Source: Chrysomallon squamiferum
Lineage: Eukaryota > Animalia > Mollusca
Direction of reading: 5' to 3'
DNA length: 64,000 bases
Assembly: GCA_012295275.1 (NCBI GenBank)
Contig: CM022671.1
Span: forward strand, 7,316,001-7,380,000
The notes under the pieces were generated by a model. It was given only the letters and a program-made list of their open reading frames with translations. It was not told where the DNA came from and ran no database searches. This document shows positions 1 to 12,871 of this stretch, one piece after another; within the stretch, counting starts at the first letter, position 1, and each line of letters starts with the position of its first letter. The translations under genes and the position numbers were made by a program.

Positions 1-14
1 TGATGAATACGAAT
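1..14 (-). CDS. BRPF1: BRPF1 coding exon 5 (start only, truncated by window)
   Basis: Polypyrimidine tract + CTGCAG acceptor on the - strand, then IRIHQ, continuing KREKLKQEQ in phase 0. Confidence 0.7.
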
Positions 15-3000
15 CTGCAGAAAAAAAAAATTAAAATTATTTACAAGATTATTAATCTTAAATTTTTATCCAATCCAAATGGATGAAATAATTATTTGAA
101 TAAGAAATTTTTTTAGATCTTATAAATGTATTTTAAAATAATACCTAAATGAATGTATGAATACTGAGTTAAGTTATTATCATAAGTTTATATTAAATGA
201 ACAAAATGAGCACCAGTCTGTGTTTTACTGTAACAATTATTGGGTTTCAAATATGTGTTTTTTTCTGTAATGAGAACATTATAAATAAAAAATCCACTAT
301 GTCCATTCCATAGGTTACTCTGACTGAGAATATTTTAACACATTTTTCTATTAACATCATAAATGATAACCTGACAGCAAGCACTGGTTGCAGTGATGTA
401 CTTGCTACCCAGTCTAGAAACATAAGTTCCAATTGATAGTCACCATTATTACTATTTATTTTTAATAATAATATAATTATAGTAACTGTTCTTTGAAAAT
501 TCTTTATCAATTTCTCATTCAGAAACCTCTATATTGGTCAATATTATTAGCCTGAATAAAAAATGAATATTGTACATTAAGTGTATTGAATTATTCATCA
601 AATTCATGAATTATTCTGAGTATTTTTATGACTAATTGTTTATGCACAAAATGCAAATAAACAACTCAGTTGTGCTCTTCAAAATATATTTTTATGACAT
701 GAATATGTAATTAACACTGAAAGTGACACCAAAATGCCATAACGTTGAACAAAGAAAGTAAATGATTACATTTTGTTTAAATGATCAACTTTAAAAAAAA
801 AAATAGTAATAAAGAACAGAATGTTCATAAAAAAAAAAAAAAAGGTAAACAACATTCAATTAACTGCTTTTTATTTTTAATGTTAATTTTCATTCTAGAA
901 ATAGCAAAAGAATGGAAATGTCATGTTCCATGCTGGCAAGCCGTATTAAAGATAATTTCCATTTCAAATGAGTTGGACGGGCCATGATTTAAACATCTTT
1001 TGAATTTGGCTGTCCCAGATTTAAACAGGTTTTAAATTGGTCTGTCCCATGGGCTAAGTAATTGAAACATTGACAGTCAAGTCATGATTCTGACCCACGC
1101 AACATCATGGTCCTTACAAGAAACACAGAAGTTTACGTAACATGCACCTAAGATCGTGACCTTTGGCCAGAAGTCTTAAAGCCTGAAGAAGTCATTGTGA
1201 TGATCATGCATGTACTCAACAATAGATTTGTCTCAAGCACATCTAATTAATACAGTCTGTTTACAAAAGATCATTTAACACCACACAAGAGACCCTGTTC
1301 ACTTCAAACAGCTGCATCACAATACAATTTTAAAATATTCTAAATAAATCTTTATGTGGCCTTTGGTTTTTTTTCTCTCTTCTTTTTAATTAGAGAAATT
1401 AGGAAGCACTATATCAAAGAAGATGCTCTGATAAATTTTAGTGGAACAAAAATAAAACTAAGTTGCTTAATATAGCTATAAATTAATTACAGAGCATTCT
1501 GCATGTTTATTAATGATAATAAATTTAATGGAGCAGCAAACAGCCTATTACTGATTTTATTATCTCTCCATCTACATAGGCTGTACTGTTTTAAAACAAA
1601 GATAAGGCTAAACAAAAACTGTTTATGTGGTCTAATTTAAGATATTTTAAGAATTATAGAACAGGCAGGTTTTTAAAAGTACATACAACCAAATTAAATT
1701 ATTATTATTATTATACAAAAAAACAAAAACAAATAAGAAATCATTACATATCATTTTTTTTCATATATTATATATTTTAATACAGTGGACAGAATATTCA
1801 GATATCTGTATTCAGCAGTATTTTTTTAAAAAGCAGGTAAAGTGTGTATGAGTCAGCAACATCAAAGCAGACAAGGTTTCTACATGAGCCGCATTATTAC
1901 CTGTATCGAACAGGCCACTGTGGTTCTCAAACATCAACGTCAGACATACATACAGTATAAATATCTACTGACATTTTGCCTTAGTTGGCTGTCTCATGCA
2001 TGAAAGTGAACTAGCTGAGTGTGTTTTTTCCTTGTTCATCTTTCCATGTGTTTGAATCAATCATCTATAGATAGAACTGCAAGCTGCAGTCTGACACTGT
2101 ACAGTAGCCAACAAATGTGGATCAAATACAAAGAGAATAAATAACTTGAGTTTCCAAAATTGGTTAACAAATGTTAAACAAACCACAGTCATTTTTTTCA
2201 AATAAAGAAAAGAAATAATAATTGAAAAAAAAAAAAATAATAATAATAATAATAATAAAATAAACAAGCAATAAAAACAAAAAAAGTAATTTTGTTTTAA
2301 TTTATTTGGTTATAAAATAAAATTAAATAGGCTGAAGATATTAAAAGATTTTATAGACAACTTTTTTTTGTTTTTTAAATCACAATAGCTATTGTAAGCA
2401 GTTCCTAAAAAAACATACTGACTACTGCTAAATGTGGTAACTGAAACATAGTTTAAAAAAAAAAAAAAGTTGCTCTGCTGAGTGACACACACATTTACAC
2501 TTTAAACTGTCTTTTAGGAGAAAGAAATATTTTATGTCACCTCCCACAAAGACTGTAGTATGTTATAAATCAGCAAATGAGCACTAAATGAAATGAAAAA
2601 AATTAATGTCTATGAAGAGACTGACATGATCTGAGCACTTTAATTTGGTACTGGCATCATTCAGCACAATTTTTTAGCAGACACAACACTCCAGAATAAG
2701 CTAGAATAAGCTGGACTACAGCATAAAATTTTAAGAAAATTAAGCATTAATAAGACGTGCAAAAATCTTGTACTGAATTTGTGAACCAAAGCAAATAGTA
2801 AGTATGTCAGAAAGAACTACTTCTGCATAATCAATGTTAAAAAGCAATTCTGTGAATTAAACTGTAATTTAAGAAAATGCAAGTTATATTAATTATTGAA
2901 TTGATGGGGTCAATGACCTCAATATTCCACTTGCATATTTCATGCTTCTGTTATTTCTTCTGTTGTTATTTGTTTCCACAAATGTTTTTCATTTTCCCTA

Positions 3001-6000
3001 ATTTTTAACCTTTATCATGACCATTATATTGGTTGCAACCATCACTGCCAAGTGAGGAATGAGATATGTGTTTATAAAACATTAAATATAACTGAGAATT
3101 TTTAATAAAATTCTGCATTTTATTGATCTTTTATTCAAGATAAAAAAATAAAAAAAATGTAAACACTAATATCTTAAATGTTAACTATTATCATGTAATT
3201 ATACTAATAAAGCTTTGTTTATTTTAGTCTAAAACTGTTATATTTAATGTTTTATAAACACATATCTCATTCCTCACTTGGCAGTGACGGTTGCAACCAA
3301 TATAATGATCATGATTAAGTATTAAAAATTGGGGAAATGAAAAACATTTGTGGAAACAAAAAAAATCAACAATATATCAGAGTAAATAAACGTATCCTGT
3401 TATCTTAAAAAGACATCAACTGGACTGTAACATCAGAAATAAATGACTGTGATCTGGATGAGATTAACCTCAAGGTTTGTAATGGGCAATGTTTGTCTAG
3501 TCAGTTGAGGAAACTGAGAAAGTTACTGAACATGATGTATCTGCTGACAAAAACTGAAATGGCCTGTTATTCAAGATAAGAAATTTAACACCTAACAAAA
3601 TAGTAAAAGTACTGGAGCTGCCACTCACTGTGTAGCACAATGGTTTTTATGGCTAACCATCTGATACTGTTCATGTTTTCAGAGTTTCGTTCATCTCACA
3701 CAATACACTCACTGTACATGTCAGCAGCCAATTATTAATCAGCAATACATGTTTTATCACAAAAATGATGTCTGTGAAGAAAAGTAAATGATGTGTACCT
3801 AACATTTTAAAATTGAAAATTGTTTTGTTTAACTTCTCTGTCACATACAATCTGTTCTTTAGAAGTTTTCAGTTATAGATAGCGCTATAATTCAGTCATT
3901 TACAAGTGTGTATTTAACTAGTATAATTTACTCATATTAAGTTACATAATGAATATTCATTCTGAAAGTGACGAGTGATGAAAACATTTTGGACTTAGTC
4001 TTAACTTGGACAAAACAATTGGGACAAAACATATTATCAATTTCCAAATTGACTGACAGAAGTAGACAGTTTCTGACAATCAAAACTGCAATACAAAGCA
4101 TTATGGAAATACTGTATGGATAAAAGATGGAACTGTATAAACAATGTAGTTTACAATATATAACTGTGAAAAGAAAATAATAAAAAAAGTTTTTGTAAAA
4201 CTGCTGTTTTGTTTTATCTAAAGCATCTTTGACAACAAATATTTCTAGACAGAAACATCCAATTTAAATAACCTCATTTCTTTTCCTCTTATGTATATAA
4301 ACAATAAAATACATTTGCTTGCTTCAGATATATTCTAGGAAAATAAAAGATCCATCTGGATTTCTATTTCTGTTCAAGGCTGTAGATTAAGGTTGTACTG
4401 TATCATAAAATGGTGTCTAGACTTGATTAACTGCTACAACAGCCTGTTTGAATTACTTCATTTTAATACCTATAAATTGAACACAAGTAAACAAAGTCCT
4501 TACTTTTAATAGTTGGATTGCTAAAAATATGTAAATTACTAATTTAATGGAATGACAAAAAAAAACCTAAATCAAATGAATCAATAATGTTCACATGAAA
4601 TATTGCCATCAGAAAACTCCTGACCACAAAATATATTTTAATTCAAATAGAACACATGTATAATAGATAGTATTTGTAATCTGATCACTTGATATATATC
4701 TTTATGCTGCCAATTTCGACTGCTTCAGCCCCTGAACATTTTTCTTTCTTATTTATAAATATTACATAAGACAAAAGGCAGCAATGTTACACAATTCAAT
4801 AATCATAAGGACGTTTAGAGAAACTCTGATTATCAGGAACTAAAAATAAAATGTACAAGTTTTGGTCAGATTCAACCCATTAACAATGTACAAATCATGA
4901 AAACTTATCAGAATAATGCTAATACACATTTTTTATTTCTATAAAGGCACAGATCAGTCTAACTCAGTTTATTCATGTAGTTTTTCTATTTATTAACTAT
5001 AGTTTACCTGTTCTTGTTTTAATTTCTCTCTCTTGCGAATTAGTTCAACTAATAATCTAGCTTTTTCCAGATCTTGTCTCAGTCGTTGCCAGTATTTGAG
5101 TCTCTCTCTCAAAGCATTACTCTGTTTATCATTTTTTGTATGCTGGAACAAAAATAAACATTATTTTATAGAAATGTTTATTTACAAACACATACTCAAA
5201 AGCTGGTATCATAGTCACTCTTCCATTCTCTAATGTAAATGCAGCTGCAGCTAAACAGAACTTACAGTAATTATTAAATTAGCAACATCAAGTAACTTAT
5301 GAAAATAATCTGCATTTAATAGAGTTCTGCATAAAAATCAAATAATCATTCCTTTACACCATATTTTATATCATTCAAATTAAAGATAATAACTATCTAA
5401 AGATAATAACTATCTAAAGTTAAAACCAGCAAACACTTTTGACAGTGTTTTTTTAACGTAACAGAAAGTTATTTTATTTTAATAAAAGAATTACTAATAA
5501 CAACAACACAATGGTGTACAGTTGGGTTTTTTCCTTAACTCAGTTTTGATATATGAGAAATAATTTATGATCATTCCAGTTGGTCTAGACATACGACTCA
5601 TGCTGTCTTTTCTTTTTCTTTTTCAGCAAGTGTGAAATGACCTAGCCAAATACAAATTTTATTTTTTAACATTTTAAAGATAAAAAATAAATAAATAAAT
5701 AAAATTAAAACACTTACATGATCTCTATTTCTGGTCATGTGACTAGACTGAAGTCTTCTGAGTAATGGGACACCAAATCGGGATTGTCGCTTTAATGTCC
5801 AGTAACTAATAAGTCTCTTTAAAAAAGCTTCTTTCTTTGGAACATTAAATAAACTAGCTATTTTGGAAATTCTGAAAATCAAAACAAGAAAAGGTTACCA
5901 TCAATGACCTTGAAAAAGACAAGATTCAAACATAAATCAATCAAATATTGTGTTAGTATTTCTAGTGATGATTAATACTTATTAACACCCAGAAAAATCT

Positions 6001-8023
6001 CATTTAAATAATTCAAAGACTAACTATTATCTTAATTGAAATGTAAGAATGTCCTACCTCGTTTCAGGTATTATTGGAATAGAAACAACTGGCAGTGCGT
6101 TTCTTTTTTCAGCTAGAATTTTTCTTGCCTTTCGCATTTTTATTCTTGATTTTTCTTTAGCTTTCTTAGCTGACATTGTTTTATCCACATCGTCAGAAAC
6201 ATTAGGGCTACAGTCAGAATTTGCAGGTGTGTGAACATCACAGTACGCTGTCTTTCGCACTCCTGCTACAATTCCATTTGGTCCACACTCCCTGACTGGC
6301 TCAATCCTCATAAAGAGTCCAGCCTGCTGGGCACAAGTCACATGAAAAGCAGTGTAACAGTTTGTTTTATGACACTGAATACAAGCTCCAGAGCCCCTCT
6401 GTTTACAAATATAGCAAGTCAATTTTTTACGAGCTGCTGGTATTCGTTCAATACCATCTATTGGTTCTAAAAAAACTGTATTGGCAAAGCCAACCTCTGG
6501 AATCCACAAAGCACAAACAACATGAGCCCAGCGCCCATCTTCAGTTTGTTTGAAAGCCCCACCCTTATTAGGACAGAGGCAACAGTCAACAGCCCTAGAA
6601 GGGGACTGGAGGCACCTTCGACAAAGCCACTGTCCTTCAGGTATGTATGGAACACCGTAACATTCCTGATGCACTGCTAGGTTACACATGTCACAGAACA
6701 GAATCACATTGCTGTTTTGACATTCCCCATCCATGCAGATAGAGCAAACAGCATCCTCATCTATAGATGGGTTAGGGTCCTTTCCCGAGGTCTGACTCTG
6801 GAAGAAAGCTTCCTTCTCAAATCTGTCCATTAAAATTTCAAACACTTCCTGAGAAATAGTTAACATATCTTCATCTCTGCGTTTTTCATTAACAAGTTCC
6901 AGCCATGCATGATCCTGTAAATTTAAAAAAGAGGAATTTTTTTATAATTTCAAATTATGCTCTTTTCTGTAATGAGATCCTTTTCTCAATGCAATATATT
7001 TAATATTTTTGACTGATATATATAAATAAAGCAAGTTAAAAATCTCGTATCAAGTATTATAAATATAGGAATAAGTATCAAAATCTAATTTCATGTGTAA
7101 ATCGCACATAAATACACATATAATATAGATACATGCATATATATATATATATACATGTATTTATAATAAGAAATTTAAATTAAATGACTATTAAGCACCA
7201 ATTACCATCCATTATTAATAGATCTATACTAAATGGGCTTTCAGTTACACCTTCCATCCACACACACACATACGTATTTATAAAATGAAATTTACATTAA
7301 ATGTCTAATATGCACTGATTACTATTCAACACTGTATTATTAATAGATCTATATTTAATGGGATTTCAATCTCACCTCTTCATCCATGTCATACTCCACT
7401 TCTTCATCCAATTCTTCTGTTGACTTTTCCATATATCTGTAATATGAGACTGGTCTTGCTGGAATATTGGATGGCTTAATATATTCATCTAGCACTTTCA
7501 CCTGAACTTCTGGTAATTTGGGTGCTGGTGTGTTATTGGCATTCTGGTTGCCATTAGCACCTTCTTTGCGAACTTTATTACTCTCCTTCTGACCTTTCTG
7601 GGAAGACTTCTCAGCTTTTTCTTCCTTTTCTGTATTATTCTGATTATCAATTTCACCCTGGGAAATAATTTCTAAAGGTTCGTATATATCTATTCTGTGA
7701 ATCTGGCCATCAAAATCAATTTCCACAAGTCTCTGGGCTTCCGCATAGGTTAAGGTTTCTCTTGTTGTTGGTCGTACAAATTCTGGTGGTGTTGGAGATC
7801 TTCGGTTAGAGCGATGATGCCATCGCTGGAATTTCCTTTTCACTTTCTTGGCTGGTGAAGGTACACAATTTTCTGGATTTTCATGATCAAAATTGTATAG
7901 ATGAAACTGAATCCCTGAGTAACTCTTGTACATCTTTCCACAACTTGACAGAGGGCATTTGTATGGTGGTTTTGTTGCCTTCAGATTTTGACAGAATGTT
8001 TTGACATCAAAATCATACACCAT
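1..8023 (-). CDS. BRPF1: BRPF1/peregrin-like bromodomain and PHD finger protein, spliced CDS, 3' part beyond window: join(8023..7376, 6914..6058, 5871..5718, 5142..5008, 14..<1)
   Basis: N-terminus [24 protein letters not shown]...[11 protein letters not shown] matches the BRPF1 start and C2H2 finger. Also VEYDMDEED (EPC-I), [45 protein letters not shown] (PHD1 of PZP), [19 protein letters not shown] and [28 protein letters not shown] (EPC-II). All introns are GT-AG and in phase. Confidence 0.95.
2969..3360. mobile_element. Foldback / MITE-like element with ~125-bp inverted arms
   Basis: 2969-3092 (tttgtttccacaaatg...ggttgcaaccatcactgccaagtgaggaatgagatatgtgtttataaaacattaaatataac) is the near-perfect reverse complement of 3237-3360; AT-rich spacer of ~145 bp. 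Confidence 0.7.
5008..5142 (-). CDS. BRPF1: BRPF1 coding exon 4 (EPC-II helix)
   Basis: [45 protein letters not shown]; CCAG acceptor, GTAAA donor; 135 nt; missed by the ORF track. Confidence 0.92.
5718..5871 (-). CDS. BRPF1: BRPF1 coding exon 3
   Basis: [51 protein letters not shown]; TCAG acceptor, GTAAG donor. Confidence 0.92.
6058..6914 (-). CDS. BRPF1: BRPF1 coding exon 2 (PZP: PHD-zinc knuckle-PHD)
   Basis: ORF 6054..6866 extended to the ACAG acceptor ([13 protein letters not shown]...); GTAGG donor. Confidence 0.95.
7154..7386. repeat. Diverged tandem duplication (~120 bp period) including the BRPF1 exon end and donor
   Basis: gtatttata..aaattta.attaaatg...attattaatagatctata.t.aatggg.tttca...cacct..catcca occurs at 7154-7260 and 7271-7386. 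Confidence 0.7.
7376..8023 (-). CDS. BRPF1: BRPF1 coding exon 1 (C2H2 finger, EPC-I start); exon acceptor at 8096
   Basis: [11 protein letters not shown]...[10 protein letters not shown]; GTGAG donor at 7375; in-frame upstream ATGs at 8035 and 8053 are possible. Confidence 0.92.
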
Positions 8024-9725
8024 TTTGGGCTCCATTTGAAATTCTCTTTTCATAGATGCTTTTTCAAACTGACAATGCTCAAAGCACTTCAGATATCTGG
8101 AAAAACAACAAAAACTACAAATAACACATTTCAAAAAAATATATATATTTATTTCTTACTTTCTGAAAACTATAATAATAAACTGTGCAAAAAAGAATGA
8201 ACGTTTATAACTTAAGCAAGTAATAATTATAGAACATAGCTAATGTTTAGACATCTTCAACCTAACAATGGAACAGAATTTATTTTTAATTATAAATATT
8301 ATAACAGGAATTTTTAATATTATTATTATTATATATTTATCCATATATTTTGTTTTAATCCTGTAGTATTTGTCAATGACTGTGATAAGAACTCTGATTA
8401 ATATATCAGATTTGCTAATCAAAAATTACATTATGTTAAAGCATATAGTGATTGATATACGATATATATTCTGGCAGCATGGTATTTTTGTGACATACTG
8501 AACTTGTTTTTAATGGTGAATTTTAAAAACCTACATAAAAAATAAATTATTCACATTTTTATATAATAATAAAATAAACGAAAATCATATACATATACAG
8601 TAAAACTAAAGTATAATGTTTAAAAGGATTTAACTATTTTTATTTTCAAATTATTGTCCATAAGAAATCAACCCTTTCATTAAAATTAAAACTGGAATAC
8701 CATTGTTATTACAATAAATAAAAATGTTCAATCTAGAAGTAATATTTATTTAACCGTAAATTGTTAAACTACTTTTGGCAACAGGATCAAATTCAATTTG
8801 AAAAAAATATGTGCTGTATCTGTTGTGGCTTTATTTTTATTTTTTATTATTATTATTTATTTTTTGTTGTTGTTGTTGTTCATTCTTATATTATATCATA
8901 AACAGAAATCATGGCAATAAATGAACCAGTTAGATACAAATAAAATTATTAATATGAAGAATTCCCATTTGGTTTATAATATAGATAGTTAAAATATCTA
9001 TTATTTTATTATCAAATATATGGTGTTTATTAAGCAGCGAGACATGACCATTAAATGTAAAAAGAGAATGATTATTACTTAATCATTCTTAAATTGTAAA
9101 ATTATTTAAGTGTGATTTAAGCTTTCTCATTACAATATTTGTCTTTTGTAGTTGTTCAAAGTAAGATAAGTGACTAGTTAAACTAAGTATAGTTAAAAAT
9201 ACTGAAACAGTAGTATAACTCATTTCAGTTGTAATAAATATAATCAGATTTTATTTTCATAATTAAAGCAAGAGATTTATTTTTCTTCTTCTTTTTTTAA
9301 TGTTTAATTAGATTTTCTTCAGACAACGAGATATTAAAGAAAAAAGGAAATAAGGAAGAAAATATAAGATAATTCTATGAAGTTTTGTTGAACCGGAAGT
9401 GACCTGAGACGAGAGGCCAATTACCATCATGGCGTCAATTTTTACCGAAATCGGAAATCAAATCTAAAACAAATATATTCGTCTAGACATCTTTATTTTG
9501 AAAATTAGTCAGCGTATTAATCAGAAAACTTATATTGCTGGCAAAACAGATGTGCTGAATACTGTGGTCAATGGTGGAATGACCTACTACTTCATAAATC
9601 AGTGCGCGACCTGTATCGAGAAGACAAAGATGTTTCAAAAGCCTATATGATCGCATCTATTTATCAAAAAAGCTCTGAAACACTAACAATCTACAAATGT
9701 AATATATAATTAACCGATTACTTAC

Positions 9726-9840
9726 CTTCTTTTAATAATACTTCAGGTCATTGTAAGTGATAAAAGACAAAGAATTCCCGTTAAAATCATAAATAATATT
9801 TTACAAAACACGAACCAACAGCGTCCTTTCGAATCATACT
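9726..9840 (-). other. Probable non-coding first exon (5' UTR) of BRPF1
   Basis: Strong AAG|GTAAGT donor at 9725, directly downstream of the promoter motif cluster; 5' end is approximate. Confidence 0.55.
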
Positions 9841-9843
9841 TCC

Positions 9844-9890
9844 ACGCATGCGCTAGCAGTTACATAGCTGCTGTTTCCGGGGCGGGAATT
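9844..9890 (-). promoter_or_regulatory. BRPF1 housekeeping-type promoter motifs
   Basis: NRF1-type ACGCATGCGC (9844-9853), ETS-like TTTCCGG (9874-9880), E2F-like GGCGGGAA (9881-9888) in CpG-rich DNA. Confidence 0.55.
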
Positions 9891-10211
9891 TTCTCTGAAG
9901 TTAAGTAATGTCGAATTGGATTTTGAGTAACAACATAGGCCTAATAATTTGGAGCAACATTTTGAGTTTCACACGATAGTATCTAATAACATGGGAATAA
10001 ATGTGTATATCTTTGTTATAAAATAAAACAATTTTTTTATTATTAATAAATATATATTAAAATGCCCATTATTCAATAGGCACAGTCGGTGTTTCAAAGG
10101 AAAAAAGTTATTTTCTTAGCCATGATAATAATAATTGTGTAATTTTTTTATTTTATTTAATTTTTTTTTAATATAGGTTTATTACTAATATTATTATTTT
10201 TTTTTATTGTT

Positions 10212-10266
<55 letters not shown>

Positions 10267-11140
10267 CATCATCATTTTTTTTTTTTTTTTTTTGTAAATT
10301 TCTGTGTAAATTATTTAATGAAAAAGGGAGAAAGACTTCAAATAGAGAAAAACATCAAAAAGCCTAACTTACGATTAAAATAAATATCATTATATTACGA
10401 AATTTAACATCTCGCTACTGCAGTGGTTTAACCCCTATCCTGCATCTCAAACAGAACTATGCTAATATCCGAGTTGTCATTACCGTACCTTTATGCTGGC
10501 AAGGAAAAGCAAGCTTTTAAAACGTGCTGGTCAGTTCAGGTTGTTACAAAGCATATTTGCCCAAGATACACACAGAGTCCATATTCGAGACCCTGCTAGG
10601 TTTGTGTGTTGGATTAATAGCGGATGGACTGATTGGCATAGTTAACTTGAGATAGGTGCAGTACTCTTATAGTTTAGTACGGACTATATAGAAGTAACAT
10701 GGTTACTATATTCTGCTTCTATCTAGAATGCATGTCCTCACAGACCTAGTCAGAATGTTAATGATGTTCAGTACAAGATAGCACTAGCGCAAATCCACAA
10801 ATAAATATTGCGTAATTACAGTCCAGTGTAGATGATAATATCATGAGTACAAAGGTTCTGGAATGTAATATTCACTGTCATAGTGCCGATGAATATAAAT
10901 GATGATGATTATGATGATGATGATAATTTAATGAGTTTAGCAAAAGGTCCTCAAACATAAACGCTGAAATAATACATTTAAAAAAAAAACACTCGAAAAG
11001 GCGCTCTGCGCGTGCGCACGTTTGTGTGTGTACACGTTACCAGTGAATAATTTGTTTTTGCATTTTCGTTTGAATAAATTAATAAAATTAATGTATGCGA
11101 TCTTAAGTCTCGTTCATACGTTTCTTACATGATGACATTA

Positions 11141-11226
11141 GAGAAAGAAAAACCCAGTTGCTTCACTCCATGGGCTGCATTCAATGATTAGAGAGAATCC
11201 TTTACATTCACTTTGTCACAGACAGT
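11141..11226. mobile_element. Degraded fragment of a gastropod-type SINE body
   Basis: gagaaagaaaaaccc...ctccatgggct...gattag...ctttgtcacagacag resembles from memory a common gastropod SINE core and resembles 35311-35450; not database-verified. Confidence 0.35.
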
Positions 11227-12570
11227 ATTTTAGTCTTATTAATATCCGTGTTTGTACATTATTGCAAGTACATTACGGTCTTAGATTTAGTAACAGTAAT
11301 CACAATTAAAGCCAGATAAGAGTACCGCTCTGCTGAACAGAAATAGGTACTTGCTGCTACTTTGTCATTGCTCATATTGATGACGTCTGCTCCACTTTAA
11401 TCAAAAATAATTCACTGGTTGTAAACATGATCGTTACTATAATCAAAAGCCATCTCTTCCATTGTTCAAAAAACGTGTCACGTACACTGGATAGTGTCTG
11501 TGTGTGTCCTTCTCGCTACCCATTTATCCTCCCCCGCCACCCATCTACCCTCCCTTGCTCTGTTCTCACGTTAAGTTCAATCAAGCTGAGAAATGACCAC
11601 GACTGGTTTGTTAGTTTTCAACATATGTTCGTGCCTCTTCCTGTGTCGAAGACTATGTCAGTGGATTACTTAGAAAAGAACTGGTATATACGGCATTAAA
11701 TCTTCCGGTCTAGCTTTTAGACTGAAACTGATATTAGGATAAGAATACCAGTCTAGATGCTGAGTAGTGAAAATAGTTCTACCAAAGAAAATGGGAAACC
11801 TAGCAGATGCAGACGACTTTGGAAAGATATAAAAAAAAAAAAAAAAACATAGCCAAAGTAATGATAAACTTTTGTCAATAAAATAATGATAATAATAATA
11901 ATAATCGTCTATGTGGGGAAGATAAGATTGGTATCCACCTCCATTTTTTTTTTTTTTTTTTTTTTCGGTAAACAACTGTTTGTTTTCGGGATGGTTGTTG
12001 GGAAGGTTTTGGAGGGATGGTGTCAATTTTTATTTTATTTATTTATTTATTTATTTATTTATAATGGAATGCATTTCATACTGAAAATTACATGGATAGC
12101 AATGCCGGCGACATTTGTTTAGTTAATTCTGGATAACATCATATTTAACCGAATTACTGAAAATATTGTGATTTTCTTATGTAACAGAAAAACACACACA
12201 CAAATAATGAAAGACACACAAACCCACCCACATACAGACACACACATACACACACCGGCCTGTTAAACTGGATTAAATAAAAAAATTGTAAGTCACTCTG
12301 GGTTTGATCCGCTGCTTACACCTGTGTTACATTTCACTTACTAAATGACCGAGCTACAGTCTATCAAAAGATGACTAATCCACAATGTAATTCAGAAGAA
12401 AAGAAAATTCGCTTTAATACGAAACAGTTTTTATATATTTCGAAACATAAAACCACTCTCGTGTGACATTATTTATTTTATTTTATTTATTTTATTTTTA
12501 TTTGTAAGATTAAATAAATGCAGTTATAATTTGATATGATCAGGTATGTATGTATATATGTATGTATGTA

Positions 12571-12576
12571 TCTCTC

Positions 12577-12646
<70 letters not shown>
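12571..12646. repeat. (TC)n microsatellite
   Basis: Direct read. Confidence 0.95.
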
Positions 12647-12652
<6 letters not shown>

Positions 12653-12799
12653 TTCTGTATCTTTCGATTTCTTACCTTTGTTTTTATGTGAAAAATAAAA
12701 CTATAAATATAATATTCTATCTGGTGTGTTATGTTTTATACGTGTCTTCTCACACTTATCCATTTATTTTTTATATAATGTTATAAAACTGTGGGTGCG

Positions 12800-12802
<3 letters not shown>

Positions 12803-12866
<64 letters not shown>
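12803..12866. repeat. (GA)n microsatellite
   Basis: Direct read. Confidence 0.95.

Positions 12867-12871
<5 letters not shown>

Noticed and set aside
1860-2110. Possible extra BRPF1 exon (CAG|GTAAT donor at 1900 on the - strand)
   Set aside because: Exon 4 joins the exon at 14 in frame with no gap relative to BRPF1, and no BRPF-like peptide is seen here
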